Below, in pieces: positions 17,551-25,893 of a stretch of DNA of 49,752 nt. The stretch is taken from assembly GCA_019662115.1 (NCBI GenBank), contig JAIFVW010000005.1, positions 1 through 49,752 of the forward strand, written 5' to 3'. The position numbers and the translations under genes are program-made. Positions within the stretch are counted from its first letter, which is position 1; the number at the start of each line of letters is the position of its first letter. Below the pieces are notes generated by a model. The model did no database searches and was not told where the DNA came from. It worked only from the letters and a program-made list of their open reading frames with translations. This stretch comes from Candidatus Pacearchaeota archaeon. Lineage in GTDB: Archaea > Nanobdellota > Nanobdellia > Pacearchaeales > GW2011-AR1.

Positions 17551-18775
17551 TTTCTTGTACCTCCAGTTTTGGAAATGGTATTATTACTCTTGCGGATTCC
17601 ACATTTTCCTTAAGTTTCTTTATAAGATGATCCTTATAGTTCCACGATAATAGCAAAAATGTTCTTTTTTCATTTCTATCAAGTGCATTCCATGATTTTA
17701 TAGGAACGTGCATTCCTGGAGAATACTTTCCCTGCTTTAATGGGGTGTCGTCAATCATATAATCTATGTCATCTTTTCCAATCTTGCAGTAATTAGTTAT
17801 TACTATCCCTCTCGCAGGAGAGCCAAGAGCAATTAGCTTTCCATAAGATCTCTTTTCATTTTCTATTATCTGTTTAAGTTGTGTCTTGAAGTTCTTCACC
17901 TTATTCTCAACCTGGTCATAAATAGCACGGTTGTTAAGACCCTTTTCCTTCTCCTCATCTAGTATTGAGATCATTTCCTTAGAATGCTCTCCAGCATCCT
18001 CTTTCCTCTTGGCAAATATCCTTAGAGATCCTCCCTGGGTTGGGATTTTCTCAACATCAACTATCTTCAGTCCAGCTCTATCAAATGTCGATATTAGAGA
18101 GTGTAGAGAAAAGGAATAAACATGCTCATGATAAATTGTATCAAACTCTCCCTGAAGAACGGTTTCAAGAGCATATGCTCCCTCCATAACTAGAGTTCCA
18201 TCTGGACTAAGCGTCTTTTTAACTCCTCTTAATAGATCGACAACGTCTGGAGTATGAGGAATAACATTCAAGGCTACAATGATATCAAAAAGGCCCTGGG
18301 TTTTTACAATCTCTTCAGCAGTTCTTGTATTAAAGAAATCAGTAAGAGTTTCTATTCCTTTCTCCCTGCTTAGCTGCGCAAGATTCTTGGCAGGATCAAC
18401 CCCAAGAAGATTATCTGTATGTTGTTTCAGGAAACCTAAGAGAGTAGCGTCATTTGATCCTATCTCTAAGATGCTTGTGTCGGAGGTTATGTCAAATCTC
18501 TTGTTTAAAGTGTCAGCTACATCTTTAAGATGATTTATGTTGGAAACCGACGCCGAAGAAAGATGAAGATAGTTTGAAAACAACTCTTCAGGTGGAACTA
18601 TCTCTTCAATCTGAACAAGAAGGCATTTAGGACAGTATGCAAGGTTTAAAGGATACTTTTTCTCTTTTTGTATTTCAGATTCATCTAGAAAAGCATTTAC
18701 AGGAGGCATACCTCCCAGTTCCAAGAACCTTTTTAGAGTTCCTTCACCACACGCACGACACAATATTTCATTCAT
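17543..18775 (-). CDS. NDP-hexose C-methyltransferase (TylCIII/EryBIII-like)
   Basis: 410 aa. The N-terminal zinc-ribbon is CRACGEG...YCPKCLLVQIEEIVPPEELFSNYLHLSS. The central SAM domain reads ILEIGSNDATLL. The C-terminal block LGSPARGIVITNY...IDDTPLKQGKYSPGMHVPI is typical of the C-methyltransferase C-terminal domain. Confidence 0.7.
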   Translation of the reverse strand: MNEILCRACGEGTLKRFLELGGMPPVNAFLDESEIQKEKKYPLNLAYCPKCLLVQIEEIVPPEELFSNYLHLSSASVSNINHLKDVADTLNKRFDITSDTSILEIGSNDATLLGFLKQHTDNLLGVDPAKNLAQLSREKGIETLTDFFNTRTAEEIVKTQGLFDIIVALNVIPHTPDVVDLLRGVKKTLSPDGTLVMEGAYALETVLQGEFDTIYHEHVYSFSLHSLISTFDRAGLKIVDVEKIPTQGGSLRIFAKRKEDAGEHSKEMISILDEEKEKGLNNRAIYDQVENKVKNFKTQLKQIIENEKRSYGKLIALGSPARGIVITNYCKIGKDDIDYMIDDTPLKQGKYSPGMHVPIKSWNALDRNEKRTFLLLSWNYKDHLIKKLKENVESARVIIPFPKLEVQEIG

Positions 18776-19548
18776 TTTCTTTTAGAAAATATCTTTGAAT
18801 GTATTCCTATTCTTGCAGCGACAAACTGCCCAAGAACTCCAAATGTCTTAATAGCATATATAGAAGCACCCTTTATAGAATGTGAAGTATGTTCACTTTT
18901 ATAATCTGCCTCTACAGGAACCTCTCTAACCGGCATTCTATAATACGCAGCCTGGGCAATTATCTGAAAGCTGAATAAATAATCATTAGAGTTAGCCTTG
19001 TATGGAACTACATGCAAAAGTTTTTTTCCATAAATTCTAAATCCTGTATGAAATTCAGTAAGAGGAAGGCCAAGAACAATGCGATCAAAGAAACTTAGGA
19101 ATCTATTTGCAATGAATCTTATAAGGGGCATTCCATCTGCAAGGGCCTTTCCTGGCTGCTGGAATCTTGATCCAAGTATAAGCTGTGCTCCTTCATCCAT
19201 ATTCTTTCTTGCATATATAATGGACTTAGGATTAAACTGTGCTCCATCTCCATGGATCTCTACAATATAATCGGCTCCCATCTCCAAGGCCTTTTCTATT
19301 CCTGCCTTAAGGTTGCCCCCATATCCTCTGTTAGGCACATGCCTAAAAGCCTTTATTCCTAATTTTTGTGCTACCTCGTATGTTCCATCTTTTGAACCAT
19401 CATCCATAAGTATCAGATCATCCAGCTCTTCCATTGGAATTCTTTCCAAAGCTCTTGGAAGCATTTTAGCGCAATTATATGCAAGAATTACTCCAATTGT
19501 CTTATACTTCCTGCCTGATTTTGTCTTCTTTATAGTAATGGCCTTCAT
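18772..19548 (-). CDS. Glycosyltransferase family 2 (DPM1-like, polyprenol-phosphate sugar synthase type)
   Basis: 258 aa. IGVILAYNCAKML...LILMDDGSKDGT...VEIHGDGAQ. It has a 4-nt overlap with the downstream gene. Confidence 0.7.
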   Translation of the reverse strand: MKAITIKKTKSGRKYKTIGVILAYNCAKMLPRALERIPMEELDDLILMDDGSKDGTYEVAQKLGIKAFRHVPNRGYGGNLKAGIEKALEMGADYIVEIHGDGAQFNPKSIIYARKNMDEGAQLILGSRFQQPGKALADGMPLIRFIANRFLSFFDRIVLGLPLTEFHTGFRIYGKKLLHVVPYKANSNDYLFSFQIIAQAAYYRMPVREVPVEADYKSEHTSHSIKGASIYAIKTFGVLGQFVAARIGIHSKIFSKRK

Positions 19549-19608
19549 GATAAATAACGCAAAAATGGGTGCAAAATAGGATTTATAAATAATTGTATGT
19601 TAATTTAA

Positions 19609-20751
19609 CTACTCATCAACTGAAAAGTTGTTTATTGTCCATCTAGGGCTTGATGCTACACTATATTCTATTAGTGGCTCCTTGATATGTTTCTTCATAA
19701 CCTCAAGATTATAATATATCGGGTCATCCATATCCTTTAGTTCCCCTTCCTTGAAAGCCTTTTCTATTTCCCTAACACCATGCTCTATATCGTAGAGTGC
19801 CTGGAATCCACATATTCTTTCAAACTTTCTAAAGCTTACTCTGTAAGACCTGTTATCCTTGCTATTTTCAACTTTCTCTATCTTGGATTCAGGAAAATAT
19901 GATTGTATCAAAGGAACAAGATCCTTTATCATGAAGTTAAGCTTGCTATTTCCAACGTTAAATATCTGCTTGTTTGTTATGCTTGGGTCCTCTTTCATCA
20001 CAGTCATAATAGCTCTTGAAGCATCCTTTACATGCAAAAATGGTCTGTACTGAGTTCCATCTCCATTGAGATATATGCTTTTTCCCTGAAGCGCTCTTTT
20101 TGCCATTACGTTTACTGCAAGATCAAATCTCATTCTAGGAGAATAGCCGAACAATGTGGCAAATCTTAATACAGTGACTGCAAACTTTGAATCTGCTAGT
20201 GGAATTAGCTCATTTTCACATTGTAACTTCGAAAGGGCATAAAGCGTGACAGGCCCAACTTCCGACTGCTCATCAAGAAAGAGATGCCCGCTTGCCCCAT
20301 AAACGCTACACGAGGAAATAAATATGAATTTTTTTACTCCCTCTGCCTTTGCCCTTCTAGCGAGAGATATGGTTGCCAAAAAATTAGTTTGTATAGTAAG
20401 GTTAGGATCTAAATCTCCAGATGGATCGTTTGATATCCCTGATAAATGTATAACTGTATCAACTTCCTTAAGAAGGTGAGGAACATTTTCATGGTGTGAA
20501 ATATCCATCTCAATTAGTTTTAGGTTTGGATTGTTTTGATGTTGCATAATATGTTTCTTTCCGAAATAAAACCTATCTAGAATATGCACCTTGTATCCCT
20601 CCTGAAGAAGCATAGGGACCAATATTGATCCAAGATATCCTGCCCCACCTGTAACAAGCACTTCCTTACGGCCTCCATTAGATTTAATCTGCGCTAGGAC
20701 TTTTTCAGCTTCTTTATTCGATTCTTCCATGAGAATTGCACTCTTTGGCAC
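19609..20751 (-). CDS. NAD-dependent NDP-sugar epimerase/dehydratase (extended SDR)
   Basis: 380 aa. VLVTGGAGYLGS is the Rossmann motif and YALSKLQCE is YxxxK. It is first in the 20751 -> 16738 operon. Confidence 0.75.
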   Translation of the reverse strand: MPKSAILMEESNKEAEKVLAQIKSNGGRKEVLVTGGAGYLGSILVPMLLQEGYKVHILDRFYFGKKHIMQHQNNPNLKLIEMDISHHENVPHLLKEVDTVIHLSGISNDPSGDLDPNLTIQTNFLATISLARRAKAEGVKKFIFISSCSVYGASGHLFLDEQSEVGPVTLYALSKLQCENELIPLADSKFAVTVLRFATLFGYSPRMRFDLAVNVMAKRALQGKSIYLNGDGTQYRPFLHVKDASRAIMTVMKEDPSITNKQIFNVGNSKLNFMIKDLVPLIQSYFPESKIEKVENSKDNRSYRVSFRKFERICGFQALYDIEHGVREIEKAFKEGELKDMDDPIYYNLEVMKKHIKEPLIEYSVASSPRWTINNFSVDE

Positions 20752-20825
20752 TTTATAAATTTTATCAGGTTATAGGAAGAGCCAAGTAGAAAACATTTAT
20801 AAATTTCTCTTGATCCTACCAGTTT

Positions 20826-21140
20826 ATGGCACAAAAAGTATCTTCTGGAACAGCGCACAAAATACCCACTGATTTGAAAAAGGCGTTATTGGAAGACAAG
20901 AAAGCGCTGGAAAAATGGGAAGACATTACTCCCTTAGCAAGAAATGAATGGATTTGCTGGACGACGTATGTGAAGCAGCAGCAAACAAGGGATGAGCATG
21001 TGGCAAGAGTTGTTTCTGAGTTGAAAGAAGGCATTAGAAGACCTTGCTGCTGGATTGGATGTCCACACAGAAAAGATAAGGCATTAAGCTCTTCAGTAAA
21101 ATGGGTGCTGATGAATAAGAAGAGAAAAGGTAAATTATAA
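20826..21140 (+). CDS. YdeI/OmpD-associated family protein
   Basis: 104 aa. IPTDLKKALLEDKKALEKWEDITPLARNEWICW...KQQQTRDEHVARVVSELKEG resembles the YdeI C-terminal domain. Confidence 0.5.
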   Translation: MAQKVSSGTAHKIPTDLKKALLEDKKALEKWEDITPLARNEWICWTTYVKQQQTRDEHVARVVSELKEGIRRPCCWIGCPHRKDKALSSSVKWVLMNKKRKGKL

Positions 21141-21197
21141 ATTTTATAAGGTCTTCATCACCAACAGACTTATAACCTTCATTTTAGAGCTCAGAGT

Positions 21198-21473
21198 ATG
21201 TTAGTTAAGGTACTAGGAGCGATAGATCTGGTGGCCGCGGCATCATTCTTAATGATGATATTTGGCATACATGTCTTGTTTCAAGTCATAGTGTTTTGTG
21301 GAGGCCTGCTTCTTGCAAAAGGGATGTTTGTTGTTTCAGGAGATATACTTAGTGTAATAGATATATTATCATCTCTAGTGTTATTTGGCTCGCTGATTTT
21401 TTCCGTACCTATAATCTTATTATGGATTCCAGCATTCCTCTTGCTTGCAAAAGGATTTGTAAGCTTCCTTTAA
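21198..21473 (+). CDS. Small integral membrane protein (3 TM), unknown function
   Basis: 91-aa ORF that is almost entirely hydrophobic helices. Confidence 0.4.
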   Translation: MLVKVLGAIDLVAAASFLMMIFGIHVLFQVIVFCGGLLLAKGMFVVSGDILSVIDILSSLVLFGSLIFSVPIILLWIPAFLLLAKGFVSFL

Positions 21474-21907
21474 ATCCTCTTTCTCAACCAGTTGAAGAAA
21501 AAATACTCTCTCTGATATACTACATCTCTATGCAAAAGGGAAAAGACATCAAGCATGGAATGAAACATCATGCCTATAAATACATAAAATAAAGGTGTGA
21601 AAAATATCCCTATGATTCCTATCAAAGCATGAAATTCTACAGTGTGAAAAAGATGAAAATCTCCTCTTGTTCTTATTCCCTTTTTCCTCTCCTCCTCCTT
21701 CGCCTTTCCCAGGTTCTTATGATATTCAAATGATCTTGGAATGCTTATCTTTCCGGTCTTTATGACTGAGGCTGCATAATGGTCAAAATCAATTAAGAAA
21801 GAAGCAATAAATGTAATAGCAAGATAATACCAATGGATTTGTGGATTAATAATCCACATTAAAATAACTAACAAGGCTCCTAGAATTATATGAGTCCTAG
21901 GAAGCAT
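21470..21907 (-). CDS. DUF457/YdjM-like membrane-bound metal-dependent hydrolase
   Basis: 145 aa. The N-terminal MLPRTHIILG and ...FLIDFDHY resemble DUF457 motifs, and the protein has several TM helices. Confidence 0.45.
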   Translation of the reverse strand: MLPRTHIILGALLVILMWIINPQIHWYYLAITFIASFLIDFDHYAASVIKTGKISIPRSFEYHKNLGKAKEEERKKGIRTRGDFHLFHTVEFHALIGIIGIFFTPLFYVFIGMMFHSMLDVFSLLHRDVVYQREYFFFNWLRKRI

Positions 21908-22095
21908 CAGTCAGCGCCCTCTCTTGGACTCTCAACATATTTCCTTTCATTCTTATTTTCAGAGTATCTCCTTTCGGAATTATTGGAGAGAAAGTTAAAT
22001 TGATGCTCATAATTGGGGTTCCTTGCGCATTCAGGAATATTTAGGGAGAATGTAGTTCTTTTTTCATTTATAGGACTTGAATTATTTTCAGACAT
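21907..22095 (-). CDS. Hypothetical small polar protein
   Basis: 62-aa ORF wedged between secD and the DUF457 gene with a start/stop overlap. It has low-complexity Asn/Ser/Glu-rich composition, so it may not be real. Confidence 0.2.
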   Translation of the reverse strand: MSENNSSPINEKRTTFSLNIPECARNPNYEHQFNFLSNNSERRYSENKNERKYVESPREGAD

Positions 22096-22097
22096 GA

Positions 22098-23615
22098 TTA
22101 ACCCTCCAATTTTCTTAAAATATCCGCAAAAGCTGTTCTGGTTATCAAAATTCCTACGCTAACTCCAATTATAGTGGTTAATGCAAATCCTCTCAACAAA
22201 CCAGCTCCTGCCCAGAATAAAGGAAGCATTGCTGCAACAATAGTGAAGAATGCACCCAGTATGACAAATATAGCTCTCTTAATCCTTTCTTTTGAGCTGC
22301 TTGTTCCTTTGTCATTGACAGCCTCATCAATCAGAACAATTTGATCATTTACTCCTGTTCCCATTCCTGCAATTATTCCTGCAATACTAGGGGCATCAAG
22401 ATTCCATTTGATCAATGCTGCGATACCAAGAGTGATGAATGCTTCTGAGAACATAGTGAGTATCACTGCAAGTGTTATCTTTACCTTCCTATACTTGACG
22501 AAAATAACTATGGATATGGAAATAAATACAATCAATCCGAGAAGCAGAATGCTTCTGGTAAATTCTTTACCAAGAAATGGAGATATAGTATCAAGCTTGA
22601 CAATCTCTAGTTTGTAAGGTAAGCTTCCTGTAATAAGAATAGTCTGTAGCTTCTTCATGTTGTTCTTTGCATCAGTTAATGCCTCTTCCTGCGTTCTGCC
22701 TGCGCCGGATCCCTGAATAGATATTTGTGTAGTCACTCTTCCTTTCAAATCAGCGCTTATCAAAAGAGAATCAACCTCTTGGGCATCTACATATAGATAC
22801 AACTTCTGAGAAAGATATTTTCCTGTCTCGTCAAGTGGGATTGCTTTTGTGATATCAGCGTGCTTTTGAGCTGCGCTTTCAGTAAGATAAACAGTGAATG
22901 CAAAATTGCATCCAAATCCTCCAGCTTGCACAGGGAAGCAGCTTGTTACGCCTGCACAGCTGGCGTCGTTTCTGCATACATTACTTATGTCTCTTTTCCC
23001 TCCTTCAAAGACACTTATATTTCCTATCTTAGCATCAAATTTTCCTTGAGAGCCAACAAGGTCTCTAATGTCTGTAGGCGTTGCTCCGGCTATCTCTACA
23101 AGCATGAAGTTATTGCCCTGTAGGTCCTTTGCAGGCCTTACAGTTACATCGCTGATTCCAAAAGCATTCAGTCTCTGGCTTGTAACTGCTACAAGGTCGT
23201 TGATTTCATTTGAAGATAAAGAGACATTTACAGGCCTTACTAACGCTCGTGCCCCTCCACTTAAATCAAGTCCTGTCTTTATCTTTGAGCTTGGAATATC
23301 TCCAGCAGTTATTTCAGGAGGCCTGTCTGTAAGGAAAATGAAGTCTCCATCTTTCTTCGTTGAAATGCTAATCCTGACACTTTCATTGTTAGTGAAGAGA
23401 GGAGATATTGCTTTGCTATATTCATCAGCTGTCTGTATAGGATGCCCATTAACATTTGTTATGATCATTCCTGGCCTTAATCCCTGGTTAAAGGCAGTTG
23501 AATTTTTGTCTACGCTTTTTATGATAACTCCTTTTTGAAAACTAGGAGAAATCATAAGTGCAGCTAATATCAGCGCAATTATCAAAATCCATATTCTAAG
23601 TGTTAGTTTAGCCAT
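22098..23615 (-). CDS. secD: Protein-export membrane protein SecD with N-terminal PDZ-like insert
   Basis: 505 aa. It has TM1, then a PDZ-like segment, then the GLDLSGGARALV SecD signature. A large extracytoplasmic domain and a C-terminal 5-TM block with GTGVNDQIVLIDE follow. The start overlaps the secF stop. Confidence 0.8.
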   Translation of the reverse strand: MAKLTLRIWILIIALILAALMISPSFQKGVIIKSVDKNSTAFNQGLRPGMIITNVNGHPIQTADEYSKAISPLFTNNESVRISISTKKDGDFIFLTDRPPEITAGDIPSSKIKTGLDLSGGARALVRPVNVSLSSNEINDLVAVTSQRLNAFGISDVTVRPAKDLQGNNFMLVEIAGATPTDIRDLVGSQGKFDAKIGNISVFEGGKRDISNVCRNDASCAGVTSCFPVQAGGFGCNFAFTVYLTESAAQKHADITKAIPLDETGKYLSQKLYLYVDAQEVDSLLISADLKGRVTTQISIQGSGAGRTQEEALTDAKNNMKKLQTILITGSLPYKLEIVKLDTISPFLGKEFTRSILLLGLIVFISISIVIFVKYRKVKITLAVILTMFSEAFITLGIAALIKWNLDAPSIAGIIAGMGTGVNDQIVLIDEAVNDKGTSSSKERIKRAIFVILGAFFTIVAAMLPLFWAGAGLLRGFALTTIIGVSVGILITRTAFADILRKLEG

Positions 23616-24499
23616 TAAGTCATCCTCTTGTAGTCAGCGTACCATTTAATGATGCTCGCATTAGTCAACCATGTATTGAATATATCTGCAAATAATCCTA
23701 CTGCTAAAATAAGGAATATCTGCCTGAATGACTCAGGTAGTCCAGTTACTATGAAGAATGCAGGCAATACTGCAATCAAGGCAGTTACTGTCATGAATAT
23801 TCCTGTTGTGAATGCTCCATAAATTCTCTGGTTTACAGTTCCTTCTTTCTTCTTCATTACTCTTGTCGTCAGGAGAATATCTGTATCAACTGAATATCCT
23901 ATAAGCATAAGGAATGCGGCGATTCCAGCAGCAGATAGCCTAACCCCGATTAAGTTGATGAAAGCAAGAGACATCAATATATCTGCAAGAGCCGCAAAAA
24001 TAACTGCGATACTAGGAACAAAGCTTCTAAACAAGATGAATATGACAATAGACATCAAAATGAATGAGAATATTATTGCAATAACTAATTGCTTGTAAAA
24101 GTTTTGGCTTAGTGTAGGCCCTGTGAATTCAATATTTGAATTATCTACAGTAAGCTTGTATCCTACCGACTTCTCAATGAGGGGAATTAAGACTTCGGGA
24201 GTTGCTGACGAATCTATAATTGTTGCAATAGGCTTTCCCGATGTAAGATCAGTAATTGCTCTAAATGAAACATCTGGAACCTGAGATTTCAATGAAGTTT
24301 CAAGAGAGTTTACATCAACGTCCCCTCTTAGTGTTATAGTGGTCCCTCCTGAAAGGCTCGCATCCTTGTGGACAAAATCTCCATGCTGAGCGTAAAAGAC
24401 TCCCAAATACACGATTGAAAGTATGAACAATACCACTGGCGGCAAAAGAAGTATCTTGTACCAGTGATCATACCAATTCTTAGGATGGTGAGATTCCAT
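23615..24499 (-). CDS. secF: Protein-export membrane protein SecF
   Basis: 294 aa. TM1 plus a periplasmic domain plus a 5-TM block with LMLIGYSVDTDILLTTRV. The secF-secD order matches other archaea. Confidence 0.85.
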   Translation of the reverse strand: MESHHPKNWYDHWYKILLLPPVVLFILSIVYLGVFYAQHGDFVHKDASLSGGTTITLRGDVDVNSLETSLKSQVPDVSFRAITDLTSGKPIATIIDSSATPEVLIPLIEKSVGYKLTVDNSNIEFTGPTLSQNFYKQLVIAIIFSFILMSIVIFILFRSFVPSIAVIFAALADILMSLAFINLIGVRLSAAGIAAFLMLIGYSVDTDILLTTRVMKKKEGTVNQRIYGAFTTGIFMTVTALIAVLPAFFIVTGLPESFRQIFLILAVGLFADIFNTWLTNASIIKWYADYKRMT

Positions 24500-24537
24500 T
24501 GTTCTATAGAAGAAATGCCGCTTTTAAATTTAATGAA

Positions 24538-24608
24538 TGCGCGGTACGGGAATCGAACCCGTGACAGCTGGTTGGAAACCAGCGGTTATGCCATTTAACT
24601 AACCGCGC
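24538..24608 (-). tRNA. tRNA-Gly (anticodon UCC)
   Basis: Hand-folded 71-nt cloverleaf: GCGCGGT TA GTTA AATGGCA TAAC C GCTGG TTTCCAA CCAGC TGTC ACGGG TTCGATT CCCGT ACCGCGC A. All four stems are perfect and no CCA is encoded. Confidence 0.85.
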
Positions 24609-24631
24609 TCATTTAGATAATCAATAAATGT

Positions 24632-24640
24632 CTTTTAAAT
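24632..24640 (-). promoter_or_regulatory. TATA box (ATTTAAAAG on the minus strand) for tRNA-Gly
   Basis: Centred about 28 nt upstream of the tRNA 5' end. The same TTTAAAA box and spacing recur at the other three tRNAs. Confidence 0.5.
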
Positions 24641-24647
24641 CTTCCCA

Positions 24648-24723
24648 CGCGCCCGATAGGATTTGAACCTACGACCCTCAGGTTAGGACCCTGATGCTCT
24701 AATCCAGGCTGAGCTACGGGCGC
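24648..24723 (-). tRNA. tRNA-Arg (anticodon CCU)
   Basis: Hand-folded 76-nt cloverleaf: GCGCCCG TA GCTC AGCCTGGATTA GAGC A TCAGG GTCCTAA CCTGA GGGTC GTAGG TTCAAAT CCTAT CGGGCGC G. There is one G-U pair in the T stem, and G at position 32 is unusual. Confidence 0.75.
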
Positions 24724-24745
24724 ACGAAAGTAGTAAGGAAAACAT

Positions 24746-24754
24746 CTTTTAAAG
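24746..24754 (-). promoter_or_regulatory. TATA box (CTTTAAAAG on the minus strand) for tRNA-Arg
   Basis: Centred about 27 nt upstream of the tRNA-Arg 5' end (24723). Confidence 0.5.
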
Positions 24755-24762
24755 ATATCGTA

Positions 24763-25611
24763 TTATATTCCAAAATTGAGTTGGGTAGTTGCTCCCTTTA
24801 TGGAGAGCCAATCCTTGTTTTTTCTCCAAGCCTCGTTGCTTCTCCATATTTCTCTCAGAAGATGTGGTTGATAGTGATTAGACTGAGCAAGATAGATAAG
24901 GGCATTAAGATCTTTAGGAAAACATTTGCCTCCAAAACCAAAATCTCCGTCTGGTCCAGGCACGTCAATATTTCTCCCTATACGCTTGTCATGCAGCATG
25001 ATTTCTTTGACCTTGTCATAATCTACATTTGATGCTTTGCAAATATTATATAATTCATTGGCTACAGCAATCTGTGATGCAAGCATGACATTTGCGCCAT
25101 ATTTGATCATCTCGGCTGTCTTTGTTGGAACAATATAATACTTTGCCTCAGGGAAAACTTCTTTATACATTTCCACCAGCTTGTCTCCTACATCTGGAAT
25201 GTTGGTCCCTATAACGACCCGGTCTGTATTTTTCATATCTTCATCAGAATGCTTTTCCCTTAAAAATTCAGGATTGAACGCAAATTTAAATGGGTATTTT
25301 TTCTCAAATTCATCTGTTGTTCCAGATACAGCTGTTGAACGTATAACTGCTATAAGATCTTGTGGATTCCTATTTCGTATATTCTCATACAAATAATTTA
25401 ACGAGTGATCAATGGCCGAATAGTCCATTTCCCCATGTACTCCCATAGGAGTTGGGACGCAAATAAAAGCAATCTCTGCTTCTTTGGCAATAGGTTCAAT
25501 ATCCTGCATTCCCATCTTAAATTTATCATAATACATTATATTATGCTTTTTTTCCAGGGCTCTTCCTGTTGCCCCACCAACAACACCTGCTCCAATTATA
25601 CCAATTTTCAT
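24763..25611 (-). CDS. UDP-glucose/GDP-mannose dehydrogenase family protein, short form
   Basis: 282 aa. MKIGIIGAGVVGG is the NAD motif and GFGGKCFPKD is the catalytic-Cys motif, at about aa 228. The ORF ends about 55 aa later, so the usual C-terminal UDP-binding domain appears to be absent. Confidence 0.65.
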   Translation of the reverse strand: MKIGIIGAGVVGGATGRALEKKHNIMYYDKFKMGMQDIEPIAKEAEIAFICVPTPMGVHGEMDYSAIDHSLNYLYENIRNRNPQDLIAVIRSTAVSGTTDEFEKKYPFKFAFNPEFLREKHSDEDMKNTDRVVIGTNIPDVGDKLVEMYKEVFPEAKYYIVPTKTAEMIKYGANVMLASQIAVANELYNICKASNVDYDKVKEIMLHDKRIGRNIDVPGPDGDFGFGGKCFPKDLNALIYLAQSNHYQPHLLREIWRSNEAWRKNKDWLSIKGATTQLNFGI

Positions 25612-25664
25612 TGATTTTACATCTTAATATTATATTTAAGTATTTATATTCTAAAAAAATAAAA

Positions 25665-25748
25665 TGCAGAGGGGAGGATTCGAACCTCCGAACCTACTGA
25701 AGGAAGGGATCTTGAGTCCCTCGCATTTGACCGCTTTGCTACCTCTGC
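25665..25748 (-). tRNA. tRNA-Leu (anticodon CAA)
   Basis: Hand-folded 84-nt type II tRNA. The acceptor stem is GCAGAGG/CCTCTGC, the anticodon arm is AGGGA CTCAAGA TCCCT, and there is a 15-nt variable arm. The T arm is GGAGG TTCGAAT CCTCC. Confidence 0.85.
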
Positions 25749-25771
25749 ACGAAAAAACTAAAGGAAATACA

Positions 25772-25780
25772 GTTTTAAAG
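25772..25780 (-). promoter_or_regulatory. TATA box (CTTTAAAAC on the minus strand) for tRNA-Leu(CAA)
   Basis: Centred about 28 nt upstream of the tRNA 5' end (25748). Confidence 0.5.
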
Positions 25781-25787
25781 GTTGCCA

Positions 25788-25821
25788 TAAGAAGATTTAT
25801 ATAGAAGTTCGACTGTAATTA
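25788..25821 (+). promoter_or_regulatory. BRE/TATA promoter-like element, near-identical copy of the glmS promoter
   Basis: TAAGAAGATTTATATAGAAGTTCGACTGTAATTA matches 32131-32164 at 31 of 34 positions. It lies 72 nt upstream of the ATG at 25894, and a second TATA (TGTTTATATAAA, about 25846-25857) lies between them. Confidence 0.5.
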
Positions 25822-25893
25822 GTTTAGATTCTAGCGAATAGAAATGTTTATATAAAACTCTTCTATACTAACATAGTTCTCTGATTTTATAAT

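Noticed and set aside
23068-23538. 156-aa plus-strand ORF, and neighbours at 22408-22617 and 22860-23123, inside secD
   Set aside because: They are antisense shadows of the secD coding frame. secD is complete and conserved across this span.
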